A DNA stretch of 64,000 nucleotides from the NCBI GenBank assembly GCA_001662655.1, contig KV460216.1; one strand, written 5' to 3'. The notes beneath the pieces are model-generated. The model was not told the DNA's origin, searched no databases, and saw only the letters and a program-made list of their open reading frames with translations. Positions 23,055 to 34,673 of the stretch are shown here, piece after piece. How positions within the stretch are numbered: position 1 is the first letter of the stretch; each line of letters starts with the position of its first letter. This stretch comes from Pseudogymnoascus verrucosus (lineage: Eukaryota). A program made the position numbers and the translations under genes.

Positions 23055-23272
23055 AACAGGAATTTGACAAAATGAAAAAGAAGGGTTGGGAAGTTGGATT
23101 GTGAAGTTGGGTTGGGCGTCCGGAACGATATCGATGGTGCATGCCAAGTTTCACTCTCACGAGGAATAAAACAAGCATGTCAGTTGTAGTCGAAAATTGG
23201 TTGTAATTTCGTAGCTAGTGTAAAGTTATAGCCCCAGGTAAATAAACAGAAAGAAATGGGGAGAGGAGGAAG

Positions 23273-23361
23273 TTGATCAGAATGTTGATACGTGTTCTCA
23301 GCAAGTGCAACTTGTGCATCTGAGTGAGCTGGGTTAACGTAATGGTGGTTCATCATTTCAA
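23273..23361 (-). ncRNA. snR71: Box C/D snoRNA, snR71-like, copy 3
   Basis: Same boxes and guides with two internal substitutions outside the guides; TTGA/TCAA terminal stem. Confidence 0.85.
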
Positions 23362-23819
23362 CGGGGATATGACAGAATGAAAAGATGGCTGGGAAGCGGA
23401 TTGGGCTTTATTTGGTGGGATGGTGCTGGTGGATGTCCGGTTCACTGTGGTGCTGATGTCGCAAGACAGTCCCTTCATGAGTTCGATTTGGTCGTAGTAA
23501 TTCGATCAATATGGCGTATTTCGAAGAAGAGTCGGCTGCCACCATTGGCTTCGGGGAAGAAATCGAAATTCCCAGTCGGCTTTTCCGCAGTCCACGATCC
23601 GTAAATATTGTCGGTGTGTCCTGTTCGAAACAAGTTAATAGCACCACCAAACATTTCATAGCTGCATGCTCATGTCACAAACGCGCTTCAGTCGAATTGA
23701 AGGTGTTTCATTGTTGAGTATTCGTAGCTAATCGCAGTCTAACAAAGACCCATGATGACACTCTCCTTGTTCCGATCATCCCAATCCCATGCAGCCTGAA
23801 CCCCGAGGAAAAGAGTCGC

Positions 23820-24635
23820 TTAGAATTTAGAGAAAGCCTTGACGGCCTTGCCGGTTCTTGGGAGAACGCGGAGAACATTGAATCGGACCTATTGCCATAT
23901 CAGCCGGCCGTTCCAGAGTGCTACTTGCTCTTTAAGACAAGTAGAGGGCGCGGGTGTAAATCGCGTTTCGTTTCCAAAGATCATAGATCTGTTTATCCGA
24001 TGGGTATTTTTTTTACTTACAGTCTTGCTCAATGGGCGGCATTGGCCGACGGTGACCTGGTCACCCTCCTCAACACGGAAAGCTGGCGAAACGTGCGCAG
24101 CGAGGTTCTTGTGGCGCTTCTCGTAACGGGCGTACTTGGGGACGAAGTGGAGGTACTCGCGGCGGATGATGAGGGTTCTGTGCATCTTGGTGGAGACGAC
24201 AGTTCCGGTGAGGATACGGCCACGGATGGAGACTTGGCCGACGAATGGGCACTTCTTGTCTGTGAGGCGCGCAATATTAGCAGCTGTTTAAGTTTGTGTT
24301 TTCCTCCGATATCTGTTGCCATGCGACACCAGGAGCTCGAGTATCAACATTCTCTTCCACTTTCAGGTGAAGAAGTGCGCAACTTCCCACCCCATCCTCG
24401 AGCTCCTAGCAATTTCGCATTCCCTTCGTATTTTCCAAGAATCCGGTGTCGACATACCAATGTAGGTTCCCTCAATGGCGGTCTTTGGGGTCCTGAACCC
24501 AAGACCAACATCCTTATACCATCTGCGTCCTCCCTTGCCAGCTCTCGCCGACTTGGCCTTGACCTTGGAGTTAAGGAAGATATGCGGCTGCTTCTGGAAA
24601 GCGCGCTCGGACTGGACGGTCAATTCGGTGGCCAT
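23820..24635 (-). CDS. RPS11: 40S ribosomal protein S11 (uS17); introns 24457-24260 and 24020-23889
   Basis: [20 protein letters not shown]...[47 protein letters not shown]. Confidence 0.97.
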
Positions 24636-24822
24636 TTTTGCGTTTGGTGGATTGTCGCGATTGTCGAAAAGTCGTGCAAAGTATCGTCGTTGACTTCACT
24701 TACCTCAAAACGCGGATTTGCAGGCGCAAGCGAAGATAGGGCTGGGATGCCCTGAACTTTTTCTCAAACATACGCTAAGAGTGAAGTAGGTTAGCGCGTT
24801 GGTAGTTGGGATTTTGCTCCGC

Positions 24823-24832
24823 ATCACGTGAT
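24823..24832. promoter_or_regulatory. Palindromic ATCACGTGAT E-box (bHLH, Cbf1-type) in the RPS11/SPC105 divergent promoter
   Basis: Read directly; lies near the middle of a ~380-bp divergent intergenic region. Confidence 0.5.
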
Positions 24833-25015
24833 CTAGTCGCGATGGGGGTCTTGATTGTGGATAAGCGAGTCGCGTCCGTGTTTGTTGACATCTCGAACTG
24901 TCCCGCAAATCAGACGTCACCATTGTAAATAATGTCCCTATAGCTCCCAACACCAAACTTGAGCTCACGATTGGGATATCGCATTACAGAATCGGCTTCT
25001 GAGCCATATACCGAC

Positions 25016-28000
25016 ATGTCTTCTCGAGGCGACATGACTCTGCCGGCTGCGCGGCCGAAGTCGCGCAAATCGCTGGCTCATGTGCCTTCCTCTAGCTCAA
25101 CAATGGACAAGGAGAATATGACGGCAGATATTGGAGCGATGGTGGACAGCAACAAGAGAGCTCCAGGTGCTGGAAAAGCGGCAAAGAAGTCCCGCAGCAA
25201 AAGCATAGGCCCTGGGGGTCTTGATGCGCTCATGAGCAGTTCTGGCAACAGACGCAAGGTGAGAAAACCATGAACCACGTTTTGGCACTACCATACTAAC
25301 ATCTTGAAGTCAATTGCTGCTCCTCCACCAAGGTCGATTCTGAAGCCCACTATTGCTCCTCTGCAAGAGATACCGGCTCGCAAGCCAAGCCCCAGGAAAC
25401 CAGGCCAGCAGGCGACGGCGCAATCGAGCTCCTTGAGAGACGCCACGAACGATGATACTGCGGATCCGTTTACGCTTCTGGAAAGCACGACTACATCAGA
25501 TAACAAGGTTATGCTTCGTACAGAGGAAGAACAACAAGCCGCCGCCAGAAAACGCGACAGTGATGAAGCCCAAGATAAAGAGAAAGCTCGACGAGATGCT
25601 CGTCGCAAGTCGTTAGCAGCACGCCGTGTGTCCTTCGCTCCAGAGGCAACTCTCCATACCTGGGATGTGGTGGACTACATGCAGGACTCGACCACTTCCT
25701 CCAACTCAACCAACTCAACGCGTCGGAACTCTTCCGCCTCCAATGGCACAATCGGCTCGCCAAACACTCAATCTGGACCATTCGGTTCTGATCCATCGGA
25801 ACCTCCTTCGACGCCTCCTGAGCAAGTTGAGGACAAAGTATCGGAATCGGAAACTCCTGATGACCAGCGCGCACTACACCAGAAGAAACGCAGACGAAGC
25901 TCGGGCATACCGCCTCTTAACTTTAACAACCCTGACGACGAATTCTTTTCTTCCAGTCCGTCCGAGGGGAGCTCAGTGGTTGAAGGCGCAAATGAAAACT
26001 TCAACGAGGACGGCTCTTCGGACTCAAACAGCGACTCTGACGATGATGGTACGGCAATGTCGATCGACATGGGAGAAGGTACAGACATGTCCATGGCATC
26101 TGTAAAGTCATTCGCAAGCGATGGGTCTAGCGTACGCCTAGAAAGGGCTTTACAGCTAGCGGCACAACAAGCCGGTACACAGGGAATTGACTTTGATGAA
26201 AATGGCCCTCTGGGCATTGAAGAGGATGAGGACGTTGTCGCCTCCTTTGCGCCTTGGTCACAGAGGTCTGTGGCAGCAAATCTCGAGTCACAGACAGACC
26301 AAGAAAACATCAACCCGTTTTCACCAGCGTTCGCTGTTGCTGGGACACGTCAACAGGACGCGAATGATGAAGACGATGGCATGACGATGGAAATGACGCG
26401 CTCAGTTGGTGGTATCCTTCAAGCTCCTGAATCACAACTTTCCGATGATGACGATCAGTCAATGGACATCACCATGGATATGACTAGGGCAGTAGGTCGT
26501 ATTATGCCTACTGAGCAGCCTGATGAAGATGGCACCATGGAGATGACCATGGAAATGACGAAGGCCGTTGGTCACATCTTCTCAGCACCAGTGCACGATT
26601 CATCGCCTCAGGAATCCGATGAGGAGATGACTATGGACATGACTGTTGCCATTGGTGGTATCATTGGTAAAGATGCTCAGCCCAAGAATAGGCGCCAATC
26701 AGTCCGGAGACGGAGCACTCGTCGCAGGTCTTCTGTTGAAGACTCATCTCTTGGCGATGAGACCATGGATTTCACAGTGGCTATGGGCGGTATTCAACCA
26801 GCTCAACCCGCAACACCTAAGACTGCACCTCTTTACCCAGACATGAAGGCTGCGTACAACGAGATTGTTGCACACCCACCAAGCAGCATTTCGAGGCCAG
26901 AAGCCAAACGGATACTGGTCGAAGAGGTTGATCATGCAGAGGTTCTCAGTTCTCCTTTCCAACCAGATGTGCCATCGTCTATTCAACGCCCAGTTCCAAC
27001 CGCCACTACTGCTTCCGAAACGGGAAGCCCTAGTATTCATGCCTTCAGAGGCAAAGGTCTACGCAGGAGTTCCGGCCTCAGGACGTCCATGACCCCCAAG
27101 ACATCTTCGGCGATCACAGATGCTGTGAAGTCAGCGGCAACACCAAGCCCTCTTCAAAAGCCAACCACGCCTTCCAAGCAAGCCACGCCACAGTCGGTGC
27201 GGCCAACCACTCCTGGGAAAACTCCTCCGTCAAAGAGCATTGCAATGCGCACTGGTTCGCCACAGCGACTATTCGAAAGAGAGACCAAAGCCGCCAATGC
27301 ATCTCCCAGGTTTACACCAAGTAAAAAGCCAACCACACCAAACAAACTCTTTCAAAGGAATGTCGATAACAACATTGCCACCCCAAGCATCATACTCAAG
27401 CCCCAGAGTAGGCGCTCTTCAGGTGTTGGGATAGACCGGCCAGGGCTTGGATCTCCTCGCGTCGCTGCGATTCTTGATCGTCGCGGCTCAATTGGGGACC
27501 AAGCGTCCTCATTCCAGCCAAGTAGAATGGGCGATGCTGCTCGTGTTATTCGCTTTAACGATGCCGAAATCATTGAACATGAGGTAGATAGGGAGCGTGA
27601 GGAAGAGAGGGACCGCGAAGATGGGCGCAAAGTCATGGAGAGGGAGGCCGACATGTTGGATGACGAAAAGGATGCAACTGTCAACCTCAAGGAAATGATT
27701 CAAAGCCTCACCCCAAAGAAGCGACCCCTAAAAGGCCGTAAGAGCTTGCATGTTGGAGCAGCCAAAGGTATCCTTGGGAAGCGCCCTGCGGAACTTGACG
27801 ACGACGATGAAAACGGCGATGATGATGAGGGCGGTACCAAGAGACTAAAGAACTTCGAAGGTAGCCCCGTCAAAAACGTGAAGCTAAGAGCACCTCCATC
27901 AAAAGAAGAGACAACTGGCCGTTTAACACGCGCAGTCCGCCGAAGCTTGGAATTCACAAGTGGAAATGCCTCCACGCCGACTATGGCTTCATCGCCTGCC

Positions 28001-29671
28001 AAGGTTGCTACGGCCACCACCCCTAAGGGTCAGGCCAAGTTCAAGGACGCTGAGGCAACTGTTGGAGCCGGTACTGCCATTCCGTTTGAAGCTAGTATCA
28101 CGTCAAATCACCCAATTACCATGGATGAAGACGACGTGGAGGATCGCATACAGCTTCAAGATTTCCTAAACCTGACCAGTATCAGGTTCATGGAATTGAC
28201 AACCACGAAGAGGCGGCATACAATTGCCCCTAATGCTACTGCACAGGACGGATCAGAAGGCCAACTTGGAAAGGACGATGGATCATTGGAAAATTGCGTC
28301 GTCAGTGCTGCCTGCACTCTTCCCATGCTTGAGTTGTTCCAACATGTAAGTTACTCCCAGGCCCAATTTTATGCTCCAACTAACACACTACAGTCCTGCC
28401 GTGAGCTGAAGAAGTATATTTCTGAAGGCCGCAAGATGGTTCGTGAAATAGAGACGGAGACTTTTGACGAAAATCCTCCTCTATTCCAGGAATACATCTC
28501 TGCCACTCCAGATGTGAAGAAGCTTATGGATAACCAATTCCGAAACATCAAGACTCATTCGAGGCTGGTTAGTAAGGGCATGTGGTATGAGTGGCGAATG
28601 AAGCTATTGGATGGCCTTCGAGATGGCCTCATCACAATCGCAGAGGGCATGAGTTCTGATGCGGAAACTTTGGCCAAGCAGCAAGAACTACTCGACAACG
28701 TCGTTCCAGAACTTGTACAAAAGTATGAGACATTGCTCCAACAAGAGGCGGATTTACAAACTTCAGCGGAAGAAATCGCCAATTGTAACCAAGAAGATCT
28801 CGCCGAAGCGCGGGAGTGTCTCGTGGCCCTCGACGCCGATATTGAGTCAAAGAAAGCGTTCGTCCAAGAGCTACGCAGCCAAATGGAAGACAACGAGACT
28901 CGCTTCAAGGCCGCAACCGAGAGGAAACAGGCCTGCCTCGATGAAATTCGTGAGGCTGACAAGATCCGCGAAGAATGCCGCGGATGGACGGGCTCGGAGA
29001 TCGCAGCGCTGAAGGCAAAGGCAGACGCACTTGAGGAGAAATACGGGTGGACTATCACTGGAATCTCAGGGACTACCCTCTCGTTGTCCCTTCGCAGTGA
29101 CCTGGAGCTCGTATTCGATGCATCGTCATTCAGAACCAAGGATGGTCAAGTGAAGAATGCTCAGGCCAATTCGCGCATTGATCTCTGGTACATCGCTGCG
29201 AACCGTGAGCGTAATCCCCTGCCGTTGACACCAGAGAAGGCCTTCTTTGTGGAGAGCATCCGTGATGGGATCCGCGGTATGCCGCAGTCACAGACGACGA
29301 TCAAGGAGCTCCTCGATACTGTCAGCTTCGGCTGGGCTACATCCCTCAATGTCGTCGAAGGCATCGAGGCATTGAACCGCGTGTATCCCACTGATGTCGC
29401 AAAGACGAGCGATGAGAGTATCGTCATCAAATCGAGGATGCTGCTCGCGTCGCTGGCTAGCAAAGTGGAGGTGAGCTACCATGTCACGACGAAGAATGGG
29501 GAAGAGGGACTTGAGGTACAGTTCAATACCACGGCGCGGGTTGTGTATGGCGAGAGATTCAACGAGGATAGCATGGGGAGGTTTTTGGGCAAGGGGATTG
29601 CTGAGGGACGGACCTGGGTGGAGGTTGTGAAGGAGTTGGAGGGGAGGCTGTTTGCGAGAGGGAAGAAGTGA
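25016..29671 (+). CDS. SPC105: Kinetochore protein Spc105/Spc7 (KNL1); introns ~25259-25309 and 28346-28393
   Basis: SILK and RVSF PP1-binding motifs, MELT-like repeats (MEMT, MDMT, MDFT), IQLQDFLNLTSIRF Spc7 domain, coiled coil. Confidence 0.93.
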
Positions 29672-30676
29672 AGGGGGTGATTTGTAGATGTCAGTCTTGT
29701 GTTTTGGCTTTGTTTAAATATCCAACTGTGGATTTTGTGTAAGGCGTTTGGGGATGGGGTATGGGTGAAGCACCTATGAGAGAACGCTTTTGTAGCGGGC
29801 TATGATGAGATATTATTTTACGAATACCCTAGCAACTATGAACTACTTCATTTTATATTGTCATTTTATAATGAAATCGATGCTATAAAATTTATCCCAT
29901 GATTATTTCCAAGAAAAGCATGAGTGGGATATTAATTCCGTTATTTTTTTTTACCGACCTTTCGATATATTTTTTTGTTGACGAGATGAAAAATATATAT
30001 ATTTATATATTTACATGTAGACTTCTTTTCCCCCAAATCCATCGTCAAGAAACCTTTACGCGATTGGTCACAATATCCCTATTAAAAACCGCCATTTCCA
30101 AGAATCAATTGTGCACCTACCTGGGCTCAGATAGAGGAAACAGAATCGTAGCCTGATGTGGGGCAACTTAACGTATGTATTGCTCCTTGCTCCCTAAACT
30201 CCTGTCCCTCTCTCATTACGTTAACACGGTATGTATTGCTCTTTGCTCAACGGTATGCACCCCTATTGTCTAGACTTGTGGCGAAACCGCCTCCTGTTGT
30301 CACTTGTTGATGCTGTTACCGTTACTGATGTCAATGTTGCTGTCATTTAATTCTCACCGTCAACTCCCTGCCTCCACCGTGACCTTCTCGCCGTCTCCAT
30401 TCATAAGACAGAATCTCACATAGATCCGCCCCCAATACCTCTGAGCAAACAGCGCCACCTCTGGAGGCAGAATTTGACACCAACCACAGCCGCTTGCCTC
30501 GATTCTTACTCCGATGTTGACACCTGAATCGGAAATAATGCTACTGCTTCGGGGGAAGTCTATATATACTGGGGGAAATAGTCGACAGGAATAGATCCCC
30601 AGCGGGACCAGGAAATGACAGGGAACAGAAACAGCACCTTCTCTATTTTGACTTCTATTAATTACATCCCAACCCC

Positions 30677-32348
30677 TCACAACGCATCATCCCCCTCAAG
30701 CACCCCCAGCGCCCCACCAACAAGATGCAAACTCCCCGTAACCAGCGCCTGCACCTCCCCCCCCTCCCCCGCCAACCCCCTCACATACCCCAACGCCCCC
30801 TCAATAGTCTCACTCAGCACCACCGTCGCCTCCGGATCCATCTTCTCCCACTTCTCCTTAAACGCCTTCTGCATCGTCATCCCCTTAATGGCAGCAGGAT
30901 CATACATCACATTGACGAAATCCCTCTTATACCCCTCCGCATACGTGATATTCGTACAAAACACCACATGATCGAACTTCACGAGCCCCTGCTCTGCGAT
31001 CCCGTTATACAGCCCCTCGAGCAGCTCGACGGCCTCTTCGCGGCCTTGTTGGTTGAATATCAGTACGCGTTTGCTGGCGGTGTGTCTGGCGCTCTCGCCG
31101 CCGAACCATTGCGCGGAGACTTTGAGGCTGTCGGCTGTGTGGGCGCCGTCTATGAACCAGCGGATGTTACCCTCGACTTTTGTCTCGCAGCGGCCGCGGA
31201 GGACGACTTGTTCTAGGCCGTCTATGAATTCTTTTGGGAGGGTGTCGGGGGGGAGTTTGAAATCGGGCTGGAGACGCTTCATTACTGTTTCTGTGAGGGA
31301 GATGGCGAGACTTGCGTTTTGCTTCTGGAATTTGGCGTCGGGTGTTATGCGGACGTCTTTGAGGCGTGGGTCGACTTGTAGAACTTCAATCTCCACGTCC
31401 TTTTCCTGAGCCCTCTTCGCTACTACGCTCGCGGCCGCAGGGAGCTGTTCAACTGAAAATGCCGGGCTGCCATGTTTGAGGATACCCGCTTTGTGCCACG
31501 CGATCTCTTCGATGGTGTGGCCCAGTATATCCACGTGATCGATTCCCAAAGTCGAGATACCAGTAGCAGCAGGCTGAGCAATGACATTCGTAGCATCATA
31601 TTCACCACCAAGACCAACCTCATAGACCGCCGCATCGACGCCCTCACACACAAAAGCATGGAAGCTCATCAGCGTCAGAAAGCGGAAATACGGCGGCTTA
31701 TCCAAGGCGCCCAGGCCTTCTTTGGCATTATACAGATCGAGGCGGTCCCAGACGTCGAAGAAGTACTTTGTGAACTTCTCGGTAGTGATGGGGAGGGAGT
31801 TGATGCGGATGCGCTCGCGCACGGAGACGAGATGGGGGGAGGTGAAGAGGCCGATTTTGGAGGGGAGATTGTGGCTCCGCTGGTAGGAGGCGAGGATGGA
31901 GTCGACGTAGGCGCTGGTGGTGCCTTTGCCTTTTGTGCCGGCGACGTGGACGATGTTTAGGCAGTCGAGGTCGTGTGGCTGGGGGGGTGTTAGAATGGGG
32001 ATTGGAAGGGGTGGGAGGAGAGGGGATGCGGACTTTATAGCCAAGGCGGTTGAGGGCGTGGAGGGTGTTTTCATAGTGAGGTGGACCTGGTATCACACCA
32101 GCGGCTCGTCTTTCATTCAGGGTCTTGAATGAGGTCTGGAGACTGTTGAGGCAGTCGAGGGCGTCCTGTGATAGTTAGCAATGATCTCATACAGGTTGCA
32201 GGATTCTAACATCATAAGTCCGGTTTGCCATGGGCGTGTAATGCCTGGAAAAGGCGGGGAATGGAGGGGAGAATGCGGGTTTTAAAGAGGCAATCCGTTT
32301 ATATGGCACGAGGGGATTTGGCCGATGCCAAAATGAAGGGATTCTCAT
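30677..32348 (-). CDS. MET7: Folylpolyglutamate synthase (Met7/met-6 type); upstream ATG 32348 adds a mitochondrial-type presequence, second ATG at 32231; 2 introns
   Basis: HVAGTKGKGT P-loop, FTSPHL, EVGLGGEYDATN, DGAHT, VTGSLHLVG; spliced N-terminus MANRTYD|DALDCLNSLQ. Confidence 0.9.
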
Positions 32349-32590
32349 ACCCGCTCGTCATAGTTTGTAGAAACGTGACTTGGAGCTGTTGAGGTTGTTA
32401 GACCGGAGCGTATCGGGGATGTGGATTAAGCATTAATCCGAAAAAGCTAGACCGTCATCCCGCCTAAAATGTCAAATTTACGCCTGCTAGGTAAGAGCAC
32501 TAGGATCGCTAAAAAAAAAAAAGGTATAAAAACAAAAAACAAAAACAAAAAAATTGACTGGTCTACTTGAGAGTAGATGGTTCTGAAATA

Positions 32591-32683
32591 TTCCGAACCG
32601 GGGAGTCGAACCCCGCGCAACCGCGGATTCATAATTCTTTCGAATGGTGAGAGGCGGATATGTTACCGATACACCAGTTCGGA
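32591..32683 (-). tRNA. tRNA-Glu(CTC) with 22-nt intron
   Basis: TCCGAAC/GTTCGGA acceptor stem, D arm, CT-CTC-A anticodon loop, GGGG-TTCGACT-CCCC T arm. Confidence 0.92.
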
Positions 32684-33104
32684 GTGGGGTTGTTGTGCCG
32701 AACACAGTTATTAGGGTATAGATAGTATAATTAGTGTGGTTTTATTTAATTTTTGAATTTTTTGGGTAATTGAAATGGCTTGGGAGTTTTTAAATATATT
32801 TACTTCATTTATTGTTACTGTTGTTACTGTAAACAATCTGAGCAACAACAGAAATTGCAGGCTTTTTTTTAAGCTTCTTGGTATCATGCACGGTTTTTAC
32901 CTCTGGCTTTTGAAGCGCCGCACGTGGGATGTTTTTGGCGGCGCGAGGCTGACAAGGCTGGCGCCAACAACAGTTCCTGACCTCATCGTATCTGCTTCCT
33001 CCCTAGAACATAAACAGCGTGGGACGACGATGATGATGATTGTGTATTGTCAAAAGCTTCTCCACAGAAGCTGCGGATTGATTCCCTAGCCTATTTCTTT
33101 AATA

Positions 33105-34673
33105 ATGATCCGCCCTACCCTCCTTCCTCCAAGGCTCATCAGATCATTACAGCAATTTCATTACTCTACCAAATCGCCCACCAAAATGGCACCCAAACCA
33201 GTGCGAACATATAAGCAAGCCCTCTCTCTTCTCAATGAGCTACAATCAAACCAGGCGGTGGTGTCCATGGTGTCATCCTCATCCGCCAATGCCAACAGCC
33301 TTGCCATTCCAGAAATGCTCGATTGGCTCCGGAAACTGACATACACCCCCGCGAGTTTCAATGACCTACGAGTCATCCACGTCGCGGGCACAAAAGGAAA
33401 AGGCAGTGTTTGCGCCATGCTTGACTCGATGCTGAAGCAGTATCTCTTAACCCAGAATGCTTCTGGTGTCACAGAAGGCCGAAAGCCGTTGGGGAGGGTA
33501 GGCGTTTTCACCAGCCCTCACCTCATTACCCCACGTGAGCGCATTCGGTTGGATGGGCTACCAATCTCGAAAGAGCTATTTACACAGCGGTTCTTCGAGG
33601 TGTGGGATAAGTATACCGCCTTCGCGCTGGAGGATAACCACCCGAATCCAGAGGGAGCGGAGTCTAAGCCTGGCTACTTTCGCTTCCTTACGATACTGGC
33701 TCTACATACCTTCTTGAAGGAGAATGTACAGACTGCGATCATCGAATGTGGTATTGGAGGCGAGTATGACAGCACCAACATCCTGCCTAAAGAGGCAAAG
33801 ACGGCCACAGTTATCACAAGGCTAGGCATCGACCACGTCGGTATGCTCGGCGACACCCTGGGTGAGATCGCATGGAATAAAGCCGGGATCATGAGACCCG
33901 GCGTGCCTTGCTTCACCGTCCGGCAGCCCGAGGACGCAATGAAAGTTCTGCAAGAACGAGCCGCAGAAACAGGCACAGAACTCACAGTCGTGAAGCGGAT
34001 ACCCGAGTTCGACAACAACGAACTCAAACTAAGTCTCGAAGGTGACTTCCAAAAAGACAATGCCAGCCTCGCCATCGCAGCTCTCACCTCCCATCTCAAA
34101 ACCCTCGGCATCGCCGCAATACCAGAAACCACCACCCCCCCCGAGATCCAAAGAGGCCTATCCTCCATCTCCTGGCCCGGCAGATGCCAAGTCATACACG
34201 AGAACAACATCGACTGGCTCATCGACGGCGCGCACACCGACGACAGCCTCGCCGAGGTTGCGCGCTGGTTCGCTGGGAAATGGGACGCGGAGGCCCATCA
34301 ACCGGCTGTGCTGATTTTTAACTCGCAGCTTCGGGATGCGCCGAGGTTGGCGGGGAAGTTGAGGGAGAGTTTGGGGGAGGCTACGGGGGGGGGGAGGGAT
34401 GTCTTTTGTAAGGCTGGGTTTTCGACGAATATACCGTTTAAGAAGGATGTGCCCAACCCGAGCATAGATACGCTGCAGAGGGAGACGGCGGAGGCGTGGG
34501 TGCGTGGGGGTGGGAGTGGTGTGCCTGCTGTTTATGATAGTATTGAAGCTGCGATATCTGGAGCCAGGGAGGTTGCGAAGGCGCGGCACCCGGAGAAGGT
34601 GCATGTACTTGTGACAGGAAGCTTGCATCTAGTTGGCGGCTTCTTGAAGGCAATGGGGGCCGAATCAGAATAG
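33105..34673 (+). CDS. Second folylpolyglutamate/dihydrofolate synthase family paralog, intronless; presequence-like N-terminus and second ATG at 33186
   Basis: HVAGTKGKGS, FTSPHL, ECGIGGEYDSTN, WPGRCQ, DGAHT, VTGSLHLVG. Confidence 0.9.
   Translation: MIRPTLLPPRLIRSLQQFHYSTKSPTKMAPKPVRTYKQALSLLNELQSNQAVVSMVSSSSANANSLAIPEMLDWLRKLTYTPASFNDLRVIHVAGTKGKGSVCAMLDSMLKQYLLTQNASGVTEGRKPLGRVGVFTSPHLITPRERIRLDGLPISKELFTQRFFEVWDKYTAFALEDNHPNPEGAESKPGYFRFLTILALHTFLKENVQTAIIECGIGGEYDSTNILPKEAKTATVITRLGIDHVGMLGDTLGEIAWNKAGIMRPGVPCFTVRQPEDAMKVLQERAAETGTELTVVKRIPEFDNNELKLSLEGDFQKDNASLAIAALTSHLKTLGIAAIPETTTPPEIQRGLSSISWPGRCQVIHENNIDWLIDGAHTDDSLAEVARWFAGKWDAEAHQPAVLIFNSQLRDAPRLAGKLRESLGEATGGGRDVFCKAGFSTNIPFKKDVPNPSIDTLQRETAEAWVRGGGSGVPAVYDSIEAAISGAREVAKARHPEKVHVLVTGSLHLVGGFLKAMGAESE

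Larger units (their letters stand above)
22600..23410. repeat. Tandem triplication of a ~300-bp unit with an almost invariant ~85-bp core
   Basis: Core gatcagaatgttgatacg...ggttcatcat begins at 22678, 22970 and 23275 (period 292 and 305); the flanks have diverged. Confidence 0.95.

Noticed and set aside
22600..23410. CRISPR-like reading of the repeated core, and ORF 22761..23147
   Set aside because: Eukaryotic context, homologous (not unique) spacers and no cas genes. The core is explained by C/D boxes and an rRNA guide, and the ORF is a chance frame through the repeat.
26390..26790. Repeated M-[ED]-[MIF]-T peptides in Spc105
   Set aside because: These are the well-known MELT checkpoint repeats of KNL1 proteins
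30168..30260. Short direct repeat GTATGTATTGCTC(C/T)TTGCTC and ORF 30360..30680
   Set aside because: A two-copy local duplication with no TIR or TSD; the ORF shows no recognisable domain or splice support
32505..32555. Long A-rich tract beside tRNA-Glu as a possible retroposon tail
   Set aside because: On the tRNA strand it is an oligo-T run downstream of the gene, consistent with Pol III termination and AT-rich tRNA flanks
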